From Schmidtea polychroa (taxonomy: Eukaryota), in NCBI GenBank assembly GCA_044892525.1, contig JBJFYX010000019.1, forward strand, positions 186,001-250,000: a stretch of DNA of 64,000 nucleotides, written 5' to 3'. Under the pieces are notes generated by a model, which ran no database searches, had not been told where the DNA came from, and saw only the letters and a list, made by a program, of their open reading frames with translations. Numbering within the stretch: the stretch's first letter is position 1; every line of letters starts with the position of its first letter. This document shows positions 46,251 to 61,260 of the stretch, one piece after another. A program made the translations under genes and the position numbers.

Positions 46251-49200
46251 ATTGCAATCATTTTTCTGGATGGAAGTTATGAATTCCAAAAACCTATTGA
46301 CCAGCATAATGCAATACACTGGTTCAACTTCTTTATCAAAAGAATGATAGTCGGAGTACCAAGATCCTTCAATCTAAGGAAAAGTATACCATATCTTAAT
46401 AAAAGCCAAACAGTTCCGCAGACCAATGTGGAAACAAATGGAGACATAACCAACCACTCTAACCTGAAAGGTCTACAATGCCGAGATATTAGTAGAAAAA
46501 GGAGAAAATGCTCAACTAATGAATCCGTAGAACATCAATCAAAGAGAAAAAATAATGAGGAAAATACTGAACAACCAGTAAATCAGGAAGAAGAAACACA
46601 TGTAACTCATCAAACCACAACAAGTCCCAATCAATCATTAAATGAACAAGCATGACGGGATGGGGAAAGGACAACAAGTGCAGTCCTACCCCCACAAGAA
46701 AATACTATCATTTCAACACTCCAAAACCCTGACAACCGTCTAATAGGAGGAACAATGCAAATCAAACAAATTGAAGCTTCAATCGATCTAATAATTGACA
46801 ATGAATGCAGAATAGTTTGTGCAAAAGAAGGTTGCAACAAAACCTATACTGATATCTTCCATGCTGAGCACCATTCCAGAAATAAACATAATCTACCTTC
46901 TGGAACAAGAACAAAGGTCAAATGTGTACAATGTGAGAACCCAATCGAAGGAGATCAAGTAAATGACCATATCAACAACCACAAAGACGAAAGAAAAGAA
47001 GACCTGATTAGACAAATGAATATCATCCTACCAAATAAAAGAGATACGCCTTACGGACCATATGATCTACTATCACAAGCGGCGTTGGAAATATATATTA
47101 GGAATCTAATAATGTATGACAAAAGGGAAATAGCATACATTGGCCCCAGAGCATCAATATACCTTAACAACAACAATAAACACGCTCTGCTCAAAGAAAT
47201 ACAACTGCACAACCTTGTCGGCTGGAAACTGGCAATCTGGCTCATCCACTGGAATGGTAACCACTGGGCAGTGTACCTAGCTAATAAAAACACTAGACAA
47301 TCCATAATCCTGGATTCAGCTAACTCATTTACAATCAACCAAGAATTTTTAATGAAAAAGAATATGGATTCAATTCTTAATACCGCATCAGAAGAGGATA
47401 AACCCTTCCTGAGATTGCAGATTGAGCATAAACCTACCCAATCTAACCAATATGACTGCGGCCCATATGTACTACAATTCATAAAGGACTTTCTAAATAA
47501 TCCTGAAAGAACTAGATACAACGAGCCAAACACGAAAGAAATTAGAGAAAAAATATGCGAATTAATAACGGAAGAATGAAAAAAATAAAGATAATGGAAT
47601 AAAACAAATCAATGATCCTGAAATCGCAGAGCTACTGAAAAAATTCTCACTACATCAATACACAATTGAACAGATCCTAGAAAATTTCAGAAGAATATAC
47701 GAAAGAGACAATCTAAAACCAAAAAGAAATTCTAAACTAAAGATTCCAATGGCTAAATGCTCTTATCAGATCCAACGATTATATGCCATCAATCCTGGAA
47801 GAGCTATTAATGAAATAAACAAAGCCACTGATTCTACTCCAGAACTACAAACAGAAGTAATGAACATCTACTTCACCAGACAAAAACCACAAACAAATCC
47901 AGAAAATATTCTAATATCGAAAAGAACCGCTGACTGGATAACCGACAAAAAGATCAAAAACAAGGAAATCACAATAACAATCAAAAGAATGGAAGATAAA
48001 GCACCAGGAGCAGACAAAATTCCTATACGACAATGGAAAACCTGGAACAAAGATAGGGCATTAAAAGTGCTATTTAACCATATCATAAAACAAAAGAAGA
48101 TACCAATAAACTGGAAAACATTTATGACAAAACTAATTATAAAACCAGGAAAAGCCGAAGAAGCATCCAATCCATCTAACTGGAGACCGATAGCACTAAT
48201 GCCAACGGCCTATAGAATCCTAATGAAACTACTAAATAAAAGATTATTAAAATGGATCCATGACGGAAAGCTACTATCTCCATGGCAAAAAGCATTTTAG
48301 AAAAAGAAAACGGATGCGATGAGCACAATTTCATAATCAATTGCCTTATGGAAAAAGCAAACAGAACAAGATACAAAGGCGAACAGATACACCTAGTATT
48401 CTTGGACCTCGCAGACGCCTTTGGCAGTATGCCACACGAGGTGATTTGGTACACATTAGAGAGAATGGGGTTAAATAAAAACACCATTGAACTAATTAAA
48501 AATAGCTACCAAGACTGCTTCTCAATATACGAAAGCGGCGAATCCAAATCAGACAAAATTAAAATTGATAAAGGGGTCAAACAGGGATGCCCCTTGTCCA
48601 TGACGCTATTTAGTCTATGTATAGAATTCCTCATAAAAGCTGTAGAGGATCTAAACAAAGGTGCCAAAATAGCAGAAACAAAAATAAGTATTCTAGCCTA
48701 CGCAGACGATTTGGTACTAATCGCAAATAACAAAGAGGACATCCAAATAATGCTTAACACCATATTCGAAGAGGCAAATAAAGCATGTCTAACCTCTAAA
48801 CCTGCCAAATGTGGATATTTCAGTGAACAAGAAAACAATGATATCCCAATAATGATCAACAACCAGACAATTAGGAAAATCAACAACAATGAACTGTACA
48901 CATACCTAGGAGTCAGAATAGGAGGACCTAAAAAAAGGAACTTAGACCAACTATTCAAGGAAGCAATCACCTACTCTGAAAAGATATTCAAATCAAAACT
49001 TAAAGCATGTCAAAAAATAGAAGCATACCAAACATTTATACACTCCAAATTCGTATTCCCTCTCCAAGGAGAAGACATAAACAAAGGAAACATCGAAGAA
49101 TACGATAACCAAATCCGAACAAGAATCAAAAAAGATGTTATTGACCTACCTACAAATAGTCCATTTATGGATGCAATAATCTATTCCCCAAGAGCAAAAG

Positions 49201-50445
49201 GAGGTCTAGGAATAACAAAAGTCGCAGACGAGCAACTTATCCAGACCATCGCTAGATACCTAAGGCTATTTAACAGTAGCCACATGGACATCAGAAGAAT
49301 CCTAACAGAAGAAACAATTGATATTGCCAAGATCAGAACAAACCAGACAATCTATACCATTAAAGACGCAATAAAATGGCTAGATAATACGCATACCAAC
49401 TCAAAAAGGAACGACACAAAATACAGTTGGATCACTAGAATCAAAACAGCAATAATGGGAATCATGAGAACCCATAAAATTGAGATAAAACTGTCCATTA
49501 ATGAGGATGACCAACAAGAAGCAAGAGTCAAATGTGCTACTGAAGAAACACCAGTAGTGGTCAAAGAAACGAATAAAATTTCAGCAACACTACACTGGAT
49601 GATCAAAGAAAGCTATTTCAATAAATGGAAAGCAGCTAAATGCCAAGGCTACATCATAAGCCTCCCATATTCCAAGAAAATGGAATGGGAACTCCCACGG
49701 AACTTAGATGATTCAGATTGGCAATTCATAATAAAAGCACGTGCCAACATGCTTGACCTAAGGAACAAGCAAGCAAACCAAGGAGGAAGACTAGCAGCAA
49801 TAAACTGCAGGAAATGCGACTACCCAAGAGAATGCCAAGCACATGCCATCAACCACTGTGACTATGGTAAAAACAGTAGAGTAACAAAACACAACGAAAT
49901 CCAAAGATTGCTTACCGAATTACTCGAAACAAAAAAGTTAAATTACGAGACAGAAGCAATACCAAAAGAATCATCTGTGAACCTAAAACCAGACATCCTA
50001 ATCAGAGGAGAATCAAAAAATACCATCATTGACATTAAATGTCCTTTCGATGACTAGGATACCATTGAACTGGCAAGAAACAAAAACCAAGACAAATATC
50101 GAAACTTGGCCACAGAGATCCAAACCAAGTCTGAAAAACCTACCACTGTAGAAACATTTGTGGTGTGTTCCCTTGGAACCCGGGATAAGAGAAATAACGA
50201 AATCCTCAGAAAACTTCAATTCAAATTTGACGAATATTCAAAAACAAAAGACAAAATGATCAAAGCCGTAATCAAAGGATCCAGATACACATTCGACCAG
50301 CACAGGGGCTTCATGACCTGATGCTTTAAATATACCAGTGACTAGTTCACTCAAGAATCCAGATATCCCACCTATTCTGTTTACAGAAAGGTTCTTAACT
50401 CATCCTTGTGATGACACTTTTTGTTATATTAATAAATATTTTGTA
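46251..50445 (+). mobile_element. el2 copy, unit C
   Basis: ORFs 46239, 46755, 47749, 48282, 50106. Confidence 0.95.
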
Positions 50446-50496
50446 TTTCTGACACCTCTTGCTACAAACTCTGTAAAAATCAAAAGGATCGATAGG

Positions 50497-52396
50497 GAAC
50501 AAAACCAATCAATGAATAAAACCATCAAATACATTGAAGCAAGACTGGCAAACTTGCTTATCAATCGAAACTTGAGAACATTTCATAATGAAATCAAGAT
50601 AGACTCCTTGATTGGATGGGAACTAATAATCTGGCTTATACACTGGAACAACTGCCATTGGATTGTCTACCTTGCTAATTTCGAGGATAAAACCTCCATT
50701 ATCTTGGATTCAGACAATCAGATGACAACATTGCAAAAGTGTTATATAAAAGACAGACTAGATAAATTCCTAGAAAATACAGTGGAAGAAAGAACCATCT
50801 TTAAATCACTTGAAAACAGATTAATTCCTCAACAATCAAACGACTATGATTGTGGAACATATGTCCTTCAATTCATAGAGGACTTTGTGAATGAACCTGA
50901 AAGACTAAATTATCAGACTCCAGACTCAATTAGAATTAGAAACATAATCGGGAAGCAGATTATGGAAGAATTAAAAGATGCCAAAAAGAATACACCAAAG
51001 AAGTCAAATAAAGAAATAGACGAATTAATTCTCAAATTGAAGTTACTACAGATAGACATTCATTCAGTACTTCAATGGTTCACGAACAAATATAATGAAT
51101 CAATCCCTAAACAAAAGAACAAAAGAGGTGCAAAGATCAACATCTCAAAATGCTCATATCAAATACAAAGATTATTTGCATAGCTCCAAAAAGAGCAATA
51201 AAGGAAATATATAAAAATGAGTCAGCCCCAGCAGACCTTCCGAAAAGCATCTTAGATGCTTACTTCATAAAAGAAAATTGATCTCGGAATGGCAGTAGGC
51301 AGTAATGGCTGTGATGAGCACAATTACATCATCCAGGCACTGATTGAGAAATCGAACAGAATTAAATACAAACACGAACAATGTCACCTGGCTTTCTTGG
51401 ACTTGGCTGATGCATTCGGAAGCATCCCATTTTCTGTCATTTGGCATACAATGAGCATAATGGGACTCGATAAAACAACTATCGACCTATTAAAAGAATT
51501 GTATAAAGATAATGTCACAAGATACAAAAGTGGAAAAACTGAATCGGAAAGGATAAACATTGTAAAAGGCGTGAAACAGGGTTGCCCACTATCAATGACC
51601 CTATTCAGCCTATGCATTCAATTCATTCTAAAAGAGATCATCAATATGAATAAAGGAGCAACAATGGCAGCACAAGATATTAACATCCTTGCCTATGCAG
51701 ACGACTTAGTAATTGTGGCCGATTCTGCTAAAAACCTACAAATTCTACTAGGAAGAATTGAAGATCTAGCAAATAAAGCATGCCTAAAGTTCAAACCGGC
51801 AAAATGCGGATACTACAGAGATCCAAAAGACAATACATCACGAGTTATGATCTATAAAGAACAAATCAGATTAGTAAGTGAGGAAAACATATACACCTAT
51901 CTTGGAGTCAGAATAGGTGATAAAAAGAAAAAGAACCTAAATAAGCTTTTCGATAAGGTTAAAGATCATACTAAATCGATTTTCACTTCAAAACTCAGAA
52001 ATGACCAAAAACTGGGGGCTTATAACACCTTTGGCTAATCAAAATTTGTATATATACTACAAGGAGAAGATATCTCAAAAATAAATATTGAAAAATACGA
52101 TAATGATATAAAAGCCATAATAAAAAAGCACGTGCTAGATCTCCAAGATAACAGCCCATTCACAGACTCAGTGATTTACTCACCACGAGAAAAGGGAGGC
52201 TTAGGAATCACAAAAGTGTTCGATGAGCAGATAATCCAAACAATAAATAGAGCTCTGAAACTCCTAACAAGTAACCACAAACTGATCCAAGAAAAGATTG
52301 AAGATTTGGAAAAATGCATTGAAATGGTTGGATGGATCAATAAAATACAAGAAAAACACAAACGCCAAGACAACGTGGATAACACGAGTAAGAGAA
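50497..52396 (+). mobile_element. el3 copy, unit C (extra 1-nt insertion near 52312)
   Basis: ORFs 50338, 51289, and split 52132/52298. Confidence 0.9.
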
Positions 52397-52459
52397 AAAT
52401 TTTTTAGACGACCATCTGAAATAGTCCAAAAAATTAGACTAAGTATTTTGGCTAGTGTA

Positions 52460-55400
52460 CAAATGCTACTGCAAAAACATTTTCAAAAAATGTGGTAATG
52501 AAGAGATTTTGACAATTGGAGGAGATGAAATTCAGATTGCAGATCTTACAAAGTCAGAAATCAGCCAAAACAAACCAGATAATCAGAATACTTCAACAAT
52601 TTCTGAATTAAAGAATGAGAATCGTCAATTACGTTTGGAAATGAAAAACATGAAGAAAATGATGGAACAAATGATAAAATCAATTGAAACTTTAGAACAA
52701 ATTATCAAAGACTCTGCCAAAATTTCTACAGAAAATAGAAAAACACAACCAAATTCAGATCAGATTGTGAAAATTCGAGAAAAAGAGCATTATTTAAACA
52801 AAGTGTGTGTTACACATTAATTGTATACAAGATTGTAGATGCAGTCATTGAGGAACCAGTCCAAGATACTGTGGACCTGCCAATACCAATAGAGCCCACA
52901 GTTGTCGAAGAACCACAGATAACCACAAACAACAAAAATATAGAAATTAGTGAAACAGATAGAGATTTGGTAGAGAAACACACAACACCTGCACCAACAT
53001 CAGTCAGCAAATCAAAACAACAACCAAAAAATATCCGGTCCAAGAGCATAAAGAAAAGAAGACAAGTGGATGACACCGAATACCAAGAAAACACAAAGGA
53101 TAACAAAAAAATACGTACCGGTGGAGGACCGTCAACGGCAAATACTCCACTGACCAATCTTATTATACCAAATATGAAAATCAACGATGAACTAAAAATC
53201 CAATGCAATTGCAAAAAAAATAGATACTCGTACTCAACAGATACCAATGCCACCAAACACTTCAAAGAGTTACATCCACAATCCGGAGATCCAATAATAG
53301 AGTGCGGAATATGCAAAGCCATCATCACTATCAATGAAGCAATAGAACATATAGCAGTCCATAGAGAGAACAATACAAAAGAAAGGAACATACAGCAGCC
53401 CGCAATCAAACCAACAGAGGAGGACATCCCTACGGAGACCAGCTGACTATCACAGACAGCGATAGAATATTACATAAAATTTCTATCGCTCAGTATACCT
53501 ACTCCAAACACCGTGGCCTATATCAAACCAACATGTGCCACGGACCTGATAGAGAATAATAAGGCTGGTCTCTACAGTAACATCCATTTGGATACAATCG
53601 TGGGCTCTGATAGGGTCGTATGGCTGATCCATTGGAAACTCTGTCACTGGTCAATATACCTAGCGGACAAAGAAAATAGGGAGTCGGTAATTCTTGATAC
53701 TGATGACCAAATATCCGAATCAGAGAAAAGTACAATAAAGGCCAAAATGGATGAAATACTAAGGATGACTACACAGGATCAAGCCCCATTCAACAGAATA
53801 TCAATTGACGAATACCCCAAACAAGATAACGATTATGATTGTGGAGTGTTCGTTCTTCAATATATAATGGACTTCTTAGAAAATCCAGAGAGACCCTTAT
53901 TCAATATGCCTGATTCAGATAAAATAAGAACACAAATTACAACGAGCATACTAGAAGATATCAAAAAATACAAAAAATGCAACAATGAAACAAAGAATGA
54001 AGACATAGAAGACGCCATAAATCAATTTAGACTACACCAATTATCAATAAATGACATACTTAATTGGTTCAAGAACAGATTCCTAAAAGATCAAAAGCCG
54101 AGAAGAGCATGCAGAAGCGAAAATAAAAAACCCAAGCTATGCTCATACCAAATACAGAGATTATATACAATAAACTCGGGCAAAGCAATAATACAAATTC
54201 ACAATGAAACATGCAAAGTTATTGACCTAACATCAACGGCAATGGACCTGCATTTTATAAGAACAAAGCCTCCAAAGATACAAAATATGATTAATATTAC
54301 GGATAAAAGACCAGAATGGGAATCATCAAAGCCATTTACAGAGAAAGATGTATCCATTGGAATAAAAAACAGCAAAGATGCAGCACCAGGAGAGGATGGA
54401 ATTCCAATAAGAGCATGGAAAGAATGGATGCCTGAAGACCCATTAACTCCAATATTCAACAAAATAATAGAATCCAAAAACATCCCAGATTCATGGAAAA
54501 CTTATGTTACAAAGTTAATTAAAAAACTAGGCAAAAGTAACCAAGCACACAATCCGGCAAATTGGAGACCAATAGCATTAATGCCCACAAGTTATAGAAT
54601 TTTTATGAAAATCCTTAACAAAAGAATTCTCCAATGGATCCACGAACACAGGTTAATTTCGAAATGGCAAAAGGCAGTGAATATATCCAATGGGTGTGAT
54701 GAACATAATTACATCATCACTGTTCAAAAAGAAAAGCCCAACAGAAAAAGATACAAAGGATGTGAATGCCACCTAGTGTTCTTGGATCTTGCGGATGCCT
54801 TCGGCAGCATTCCACACGAAGTGATCTGGCATACTTTAGAACAGAAAGGCCTAAATAAAAACACCATAAGCCTATTGCAAGAATGCTATAAAGACTGTCA
54901 CACTATATATCAAAGTGGTGACACCAGATCAAGCCAAATCAAACAAGTAAAAGGTGTTAGACAAGGATGCCCACTATCAATGACCATCTTCAGCCTCTGT
55001 ATTGAATATCTAATACAAGCTGCAATAAATAGTGGGAAAGGAGTCGAGATAGCTGGAGAGAAAATAAGCATTTTAGCATATGCGGACGATCTCGTTCTTA
55101 TGGCACCACAACACTATCAAATCCAAAAAATGCTCAACATAATAGTGGAACAAGCAAAGATGGCTCACCTTATATTTAAACCCGAAAAGTGTGGTTACTA
55201 CCTAAATAAAAAAGATGCTATTGGATGGGAAAACAACATCTTTCTCGACGGAACAAAGATCAAACATATAAATGAGGAAAATCTTTACACTTACCTTGGT
55301 GTCACAGTTGGTAGCACAAAGAAAAACGATCTAAATCAAATTTTCAAAGAAGTTGAAGACAAAGCAATCAGCATTTTCAGATCTTCGTTGAGGGCTCACC

Positions 55401-56006
55401 AGAAAATCGAGGCATATAACATCTTTTGCCATTCAAAATTCATATTCATCTTGCAAGCCGAAGAAATAGCTAAAAGCGAAGCTGGAAAATTTGATGACAA
55501 AATTAGAATGCTAATAAAGGATAAAGAGGTGCTTGACCTACAACATAAAAGCCCTCTAATGGACGCAATTTTTTACTCCCCGACCGAAAAAGGAGGCATT
55601 GGTATTACAAAGATGGTAGACGAACAGATCATACAAACAATTTCTCGTTTCCTAAAGTTGATAAACAGCAGTCATTCGGCAATAGTAAACATATTAACGG
55701 AAGAATTAATAGATGTAGCCGAAACAAGAACCGATTCCCCCATCAACTCATTGTCAGATTCGTTAAAATGGTTAGATGAAACATATGCCCATAAAAGAAC
55801 AAATTCGGCAAAAAAATCATGGTTAGATAGAGTAAAGAATGCAATAACTCAATTATACAACGATCATGATATCAAATTGACTTTCCTATCACGAAATATT
55901 GGCACTGGATGTAACATCAAATCCTACAATCAAGAAAAACCTGAGGAAGTCTTTCCTCCATTCTTAGACGAAGCCTCAAAAAAGCTACAGAAAATGATCA
56001 GAGAAG
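52460..56006 (+). mobile_element. el4 copy, unit C
   Basis: ORFs 52455, 52805, 53513. Confidence 0.92.
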
Positions 56007-56050
56007 GCCTATATCAAACCAACATGTGCCACGGACCTGATAGAGAATAA
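53513..56050 (+). CDS. el4 ORF2, unit C
   Basis: A few substitutions (KLK to KPK, E to K, I to M, H to Q). Confidence 0.9.
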   Translation: MAYIKPTCATDLIENNKAGLYSNIHLDTIVGSDRVVWLIHWKLCHWSIYLADKENRESVILDTDDQISESEKSTIKAKMDEILRMTTQDQAPFNRISIDEYPKQDNDYDCGVFVLQYIMDFLENPERPLFNMPDSDKIRTQITTSILEDIKKYKKCNNETKNEDIEDAINQFRLHQLSINDILNWFKNRFLKDQKPRRACRSENKKPKLCSYQIQRLYTINSGKAIIQIHNETCKVIDLTSTAMDLHFIRTKPPKIQNMINITDKRPEWESSKPFTEKDVSIGIKNSKDAAPGEDGIPIRAWKEWMPEDPLTPIFNKIIESKNIPDSWKTYVTKLIKKLGKSNQAHNPANWRPIALMPTSYRIFMKILNKRILQWIHEHRLISKWQKAVNISNGCDEHNYIITVQKEKPNRKRYKGCECHLVFLDLADAFGSIPHEVIWHTLEQKGLNKNTISLLQECYKDCHTIYQSGDTRSSQIKQVKGVRQGCPLSMTIFSLCIEYLIQAAINSGKGVEIAGEKISILAYADDLVLMAPQHYQIQKMLNIIVEQAKMAHLIFKPEKCGYYLNKKDAIGWENNIFLDGTKIKHINEENLYTYLGVTVGSTKKNDLNQIFKEVEDKAISIFRSSLRAHQKIEAYNIFCHSKFIFILQAEEIAKSEAGKFDDKIRMLIKDKEVLDLQHKSPLMDAIFYSPTEKGGIGITKMVDEQIIQTISRFLKLINSSHSAIVNILTEELIDVAETRTDSPINSLSDSLKWLDETYAHKRTNSAKKSWLDRVKNAITQLYNDHDIKLTFLSRNIGTGCNIKSYNQEKPEEVFPPFLDEASKKLQKMIREGLYQTNMCHGPDRE

Positions 56051-59000
56051 TAAGGCTGGTCTCTACAGAAACATCCATTTGGATACAATCGTGGGCTTTG
56101 ATAGGGTCGTATGGCTGATCCATTGGAAACTCTGTCACTGGTCAATATACCTAGCGGACAAAGAAAATAGGGAGTCGGTAATTCTTGATCCTGATGACCA
56201 AATATCCGAATCAGAGAAAAGTACAATAAAGGCCAAAATGGATGAAATACTAAGGATGACTACACAGGATCAAGCCCCATTCAACAGAATATCAATTGAC
56301 GAATACCCCAAACAAGATAACGATTAAGAAGTTTTTGCAAATGAGTAGTCAAACAAAAATTTGGAAGAAATGAAAGCTTGGGCCGCCACAACCAGTTATC
56401 CCTGTGGTAAACACACAAATTCAACAATCGAAGAGGATGAAAACATCGCAAAGGAATCAGAAATACAGAAAATTCACGAAAAAACCAATAAATTAGAGTC
56501 TGGAATACTGATGATGATGAAATGGATACAAACTCTAACCAATGAAATAAAAACTCTATCGGAAAAATTGGACAAATCGCAAAATGGGAATGAATCAGAC
56601 GGAGGAATTCAAAGGAAAAGCTATGCCAAAATTGCCAAAAAATCAAATACAAATTTAAATCTCAAAGAAAATAACAAAAATTTAAATTTTACGAATTATA
56701 AAAATTCAGAAAATCCAGAAAATCCAGATAATAATTTAACTTTCAAAGAAAATAATGAAAATTTAAATTCTACGAATTATAAAAATCCAGAAAACCCAGA
56801 AAATTCTGATAATAATTTAATTTTCAAAGAAAATAATGAAAATTTAAATTCTACGAATTATAAAAATTCAGAAAATCCAGAAAATTTAAAAGATTTTAAA
56901 AATTTAAAAAATGGAAAATCAATTAAAAATTTTAAAACTCAGTATACCTACTCCAAACACCGTGGCCTATATCAAACCAACATGCGCCACGGACTTAATA
57001 GAAAATAATAAGGCTGGTCTCTACAGAAACATCCATATGGATACAATCGTGGGCTCTGATAGGGTCGTATGGCTGATCCATTGGAATCTCTGTCACTGGT
57101 CAATATACCTAGCGGATAAAGAAAATAGGGAGTCGGTAATCCTTGATCCTGATGACCAAATATCCGAATCAGAAAAAAACACAATAAAAGCCAAAATGGA
57201 CGAAATTCTAAGAATGACCACACAAGAATACCAATTGACGAATACCCCAAACTATGACTGTGGGGTGTTCGTACTCCAATACATATCCGACTTCCTATCC
57301 AGTGACAGAGGGATCAGATTTACGACCCCAAACTCAATGGAAATCAGAGAGCAAATTAAAAATATCTTAATGGAAAATATAGACAAATATGATAGCCTAG
57401 CCTCAATCAAGAAAAATGAGGCTATTGAGGCTATCATAACCAGCTTCCGCCTACACAAGACAAACATCGACCAATTCCTCAAATGGTTCACTGATTTATT
57501 CAATAAAGATCGAAAGCCACAAAGGAATCATAGAGATAAAACATATACAATTACCAAATGCTCCTACCAGATACAGAGAATATTCACAGTGGCACCTGGT
57601 AGGGCTATCAAAGAGATAGACAGAATCCTGGAACCGGCTACCGATTTAACAACAGCGGTGATAGACACATACTTCGAAAGACCCACTCCTCCAAAAATGA
57701 GAGAAAAACCAGCACCCATTAAAAGTGCTCCGGAGTGGGAAACAAATAAACCAATAACCAGGGCAGACATCGATGAAGCAATAATAAACAGCAAAGATGC
57801 TGCACCTGGTATGGACCAAATCCCACTTCGACAATGGAGGGAGTGGATGGCATTTGATGCGCTAACACCAATCTTCAACAAAATCCTGGAGACGCATCAA
57901 ATTCCCGAAGTATGGAGAAAATATTTATTTTAATTAAAGAATGAGAATCGTCAATTAAGTTTGGAAATGAAAAACATGAAGAAAATGATGGAACAAAAGA
58001 TAAAATCAATTGAAACTTTAGAACAAATTATCAAAGACTCTGCCAAAATTTCTACAGAAAATAGGAAAACACAACCAAATTCAGATCAGATTGTGAAAAT
58101 TCGAGAAAAAGAGCATTATTTAAACAAAGTGTGTGTTACACATTAATTGTATACAAGATTGTTATCACAAGATTGCTTGTTTTTATTAATAAATTTTTGA
58201 CTCTGACACCTCATGCTGGTGTTCCTCATCTGGGAAAAGTTTGCTGACTTATCTAAGATTTTTTAATTTTTAATTGAGCTTAATTCTGAATTTATTTCTT
58301 TTTGTAATTTTTCTATTGGTTTAAAAATATTTTAAATTGATTTTAAATTTTTTAAATGATTTTTATTATTACTTTTAAAATTTCTTGGATTAATTTTATT
58401 ATTTTTTGTATTTTTAATATTTAAATTTAAATCATGGGTATTTCCTTGAAAGTTTTTAAATTTTCTTGGATATTTATTTGAAAATTTAATTTCATGTTTA
58501 AATTTTTATTGTTTTCTTGAAATATTTTATTATTCTTTGAAATTAATTTTTCTTGTATTTTCTTGTATATATAATAAAATTCATGTTTTTATCCAAATTT
58601 AACATTATTTCCAAGCTTTTTTCTTGATAAATAAATTTGTCTTGGATATTTTCTTGAAGATTTGACATATTGTGTATCACTTTTATTATTTCCATCTGTA
58701 ATTTTCAAATTGAAGTTTTGTTTTTAGTATTTTTTATCTGGGAAAGGTTTAAAAAAATATCGAAAATATTAAAACAATACCATTTAATATTTATAATTTT
58801 ATTGAAAATTTAGATCAAGATGATATTAAAAAAACTAGAATGTAAAAATTATATTTATAGAAAATTTATCTAAAAATTTATATAAGAATTTTGATAAAAA
58901 ATAAATGATTAAACTACAAATGCTTAAAAATTATATATAACATTAAAAATATATCTAAACATTTAAACTTTAAAGAAATATATATTAAAATATAATTTTA

Positions 59001-61050
59001 AAGATAAAAAATCTTTAAATTTAAAAGAAATATGTTACCAAAGAATATTGAACTATCAACAGAAAATAATAAAAACTCTGAATGATAATTGAATAATAAT
59101 TTTTAAAATGTTACTTATTCAATTAAAAACAAAAAACGAATCCAGATAATATTCAGGGAAGCAATAACAATGCCAAAAAACCAAGATCCAATAATGAAAA
59201 ACGCAGCAACTCTGCCCAAAAAAATGAAATCAAAAATTCAGAGACTCCCATAAAACCATTAAACTTTGACAATAATGTCAAATCTAATGATATAAATATA
59301 TTTCTATTCCATGAAAATACCAGATTATCAAAAACATATATAGAAATAGAATATTATAAGAAGAAATTTGTAAAAATCTGTCAAAAATGATAAAAAATAG
59401 TGAATGTTATAAAAACGATAAATTTGTCGTTTAAATTATCGTTTTTATTGCAGTTTTAATTTTTAATGTTTTGAGTATGATTTAATTATTTCAAGATTCA
59501 TTAATAATAAAAATCAAGATTAAATTAATTTTTGAAATATTAAATTTATCACAGAAAATATCTCAAAGTTAGAGGATATGGGTCTTTTATTAGAAATAAA
59601 ATATAAAAATATCTATTGAATAAAATAAGCATTTTTAGAAATAAAAATGTAAACAATTTTAAAAATTCAATATTTATTTGAAATTTGGAAGTTCAAATAT
59701 TAAATTAAAAAAAATCTTTTTTGGCAGAATAGGTTTATTTAATTATAGTTGAATTATTTGTATTTTTTTAAAGTTAAAAATGTAAGTGTGTAAAATATTA
59801 TTGATATAAATAAAAAAAATATCATAAGAAAATTTAAATGATAAAAATTAATTTATTATTAAAAATAATTGAAAATATACAAAAAACAAATCAAATTTAA
59901 AAATATCAATAAAAATATTTAGAAATAAAAGTTAAAACAATTTTTAAAATTTAATATTTTTTTTTAAAAATGGAAGGTCAAATATCGAATTTAAAAATAT
60001 TTTAATCCAAATTTAAAAGAAACATTTAATTATAATAATAATATTGAAATTTTAGATCAAGTTGATATTAAAAAATTAGAATGTTACAATTATATTTATG
60101 AAAAATATATCTAAAATATCAAACTTTAAAGAAAATTATATCAGAATATGATTTTAAAGATAAAAAATATATTAAAAGTTCAAAAATATTTTTACAAAAA
60201 ATATTGAAGTACCAACAGATTTATAATAACTCTAACAGTTATATAAATAGTTTTTTTAAATTTAACTAATTCAATGAAAAAGAATTTTAAAACAATGAAA
60301 AATTCGAAATTCAGAACAATTCAGAACCTCGTCGAAATGAAATTGGAAAAAGCCCTAAATAACTTTCCACCAGCATCCAAGATGAAAAACAACGATAACT
60401 AAATGCCAATTAATAGTAAAATAAATAATTTACAGTTTAATCAATAACTTATATATAATTAAAAATTAAAAAAATTAAATCATTAAATTATATTATATTT
60501 CTCATTATTCTTGAATGAAGAGTTTGAACTTTTTGAATTCTATGATTGTTGAGTTCTCAATTTCAAAATTAGAGTATATGGGTCTTTTATTAGAAAGTTA
60601 ATTTATTATTAAAAATAATTTAAAATATACAAAAAACAAATAAAATATAAAAATATCTATTGAAGAAGATATGAAAATATTTGGAAATAAAAATATATAC
60701 AATTTTCAAAAATTTATTATTTATTTAAAAAGTTCAAATATTGAATAGAAAAATATTTTATTCAAAATTCTAAAAAAATATCGAAAATATTAAAAAACCA
60801 TTTAATTTTTATATAATTATTGAAAATTTAGATCAAGTTGATATTTAAAAAATTAGAATGTAAAAATTATATTTATAGAAAATATATCTAAAAAGAATTT
60901 TAAATCAATGAAAAATCAAAATTCAGAACAATTCAGAACCTCGTCCAAATAAAATTGGAAAAACCCCTTATAACCTTCCACCAGTATCCAAGATAAAGTA
61001 CAACAAAAACGAAATGCCAAATTATAGTAAAATAATCAATTAACAGTTTA

Positions 61051-61076
61051 ATATATATATATATATATATATATAT
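61051..61076. repeat. (AT)13 microsatellite
   Basis: Read directly from the sequence. Confidence 0.97.
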
Positions 61077-61260
61077 TTCATTTCTTATTCCTTGTGATCT
61101 CCAATGCTTCGAATTGAAACAGTTTTTCTCGTATGTCTTGTGATGACATTTAGATAAAAACTTTCGTTTCTTGGAATCTGGATGTTAGTGGGCTGATAAT
61201 ATCTGGTTGGTAATTGGTTGTTATTATCTAGTTATTATCTAGTTATATTCGATAACTAAC

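Larger units (their letters stand above)
38564..57845 (+). repeat. Tandem unit C (more diverged than A vs B)
   Basis: Same ORF set. The ORF track shows more than a dozen substitutions plus a 1-nt insertion near 52312. Confidence 0.98.

Noticed and set aside
61080-61215. Minus-strand YQPDII.. as an endonuclease PD motif
   Set aside because: No following (D/E)xK or CCHC, and stops nearby. Insufficient support.
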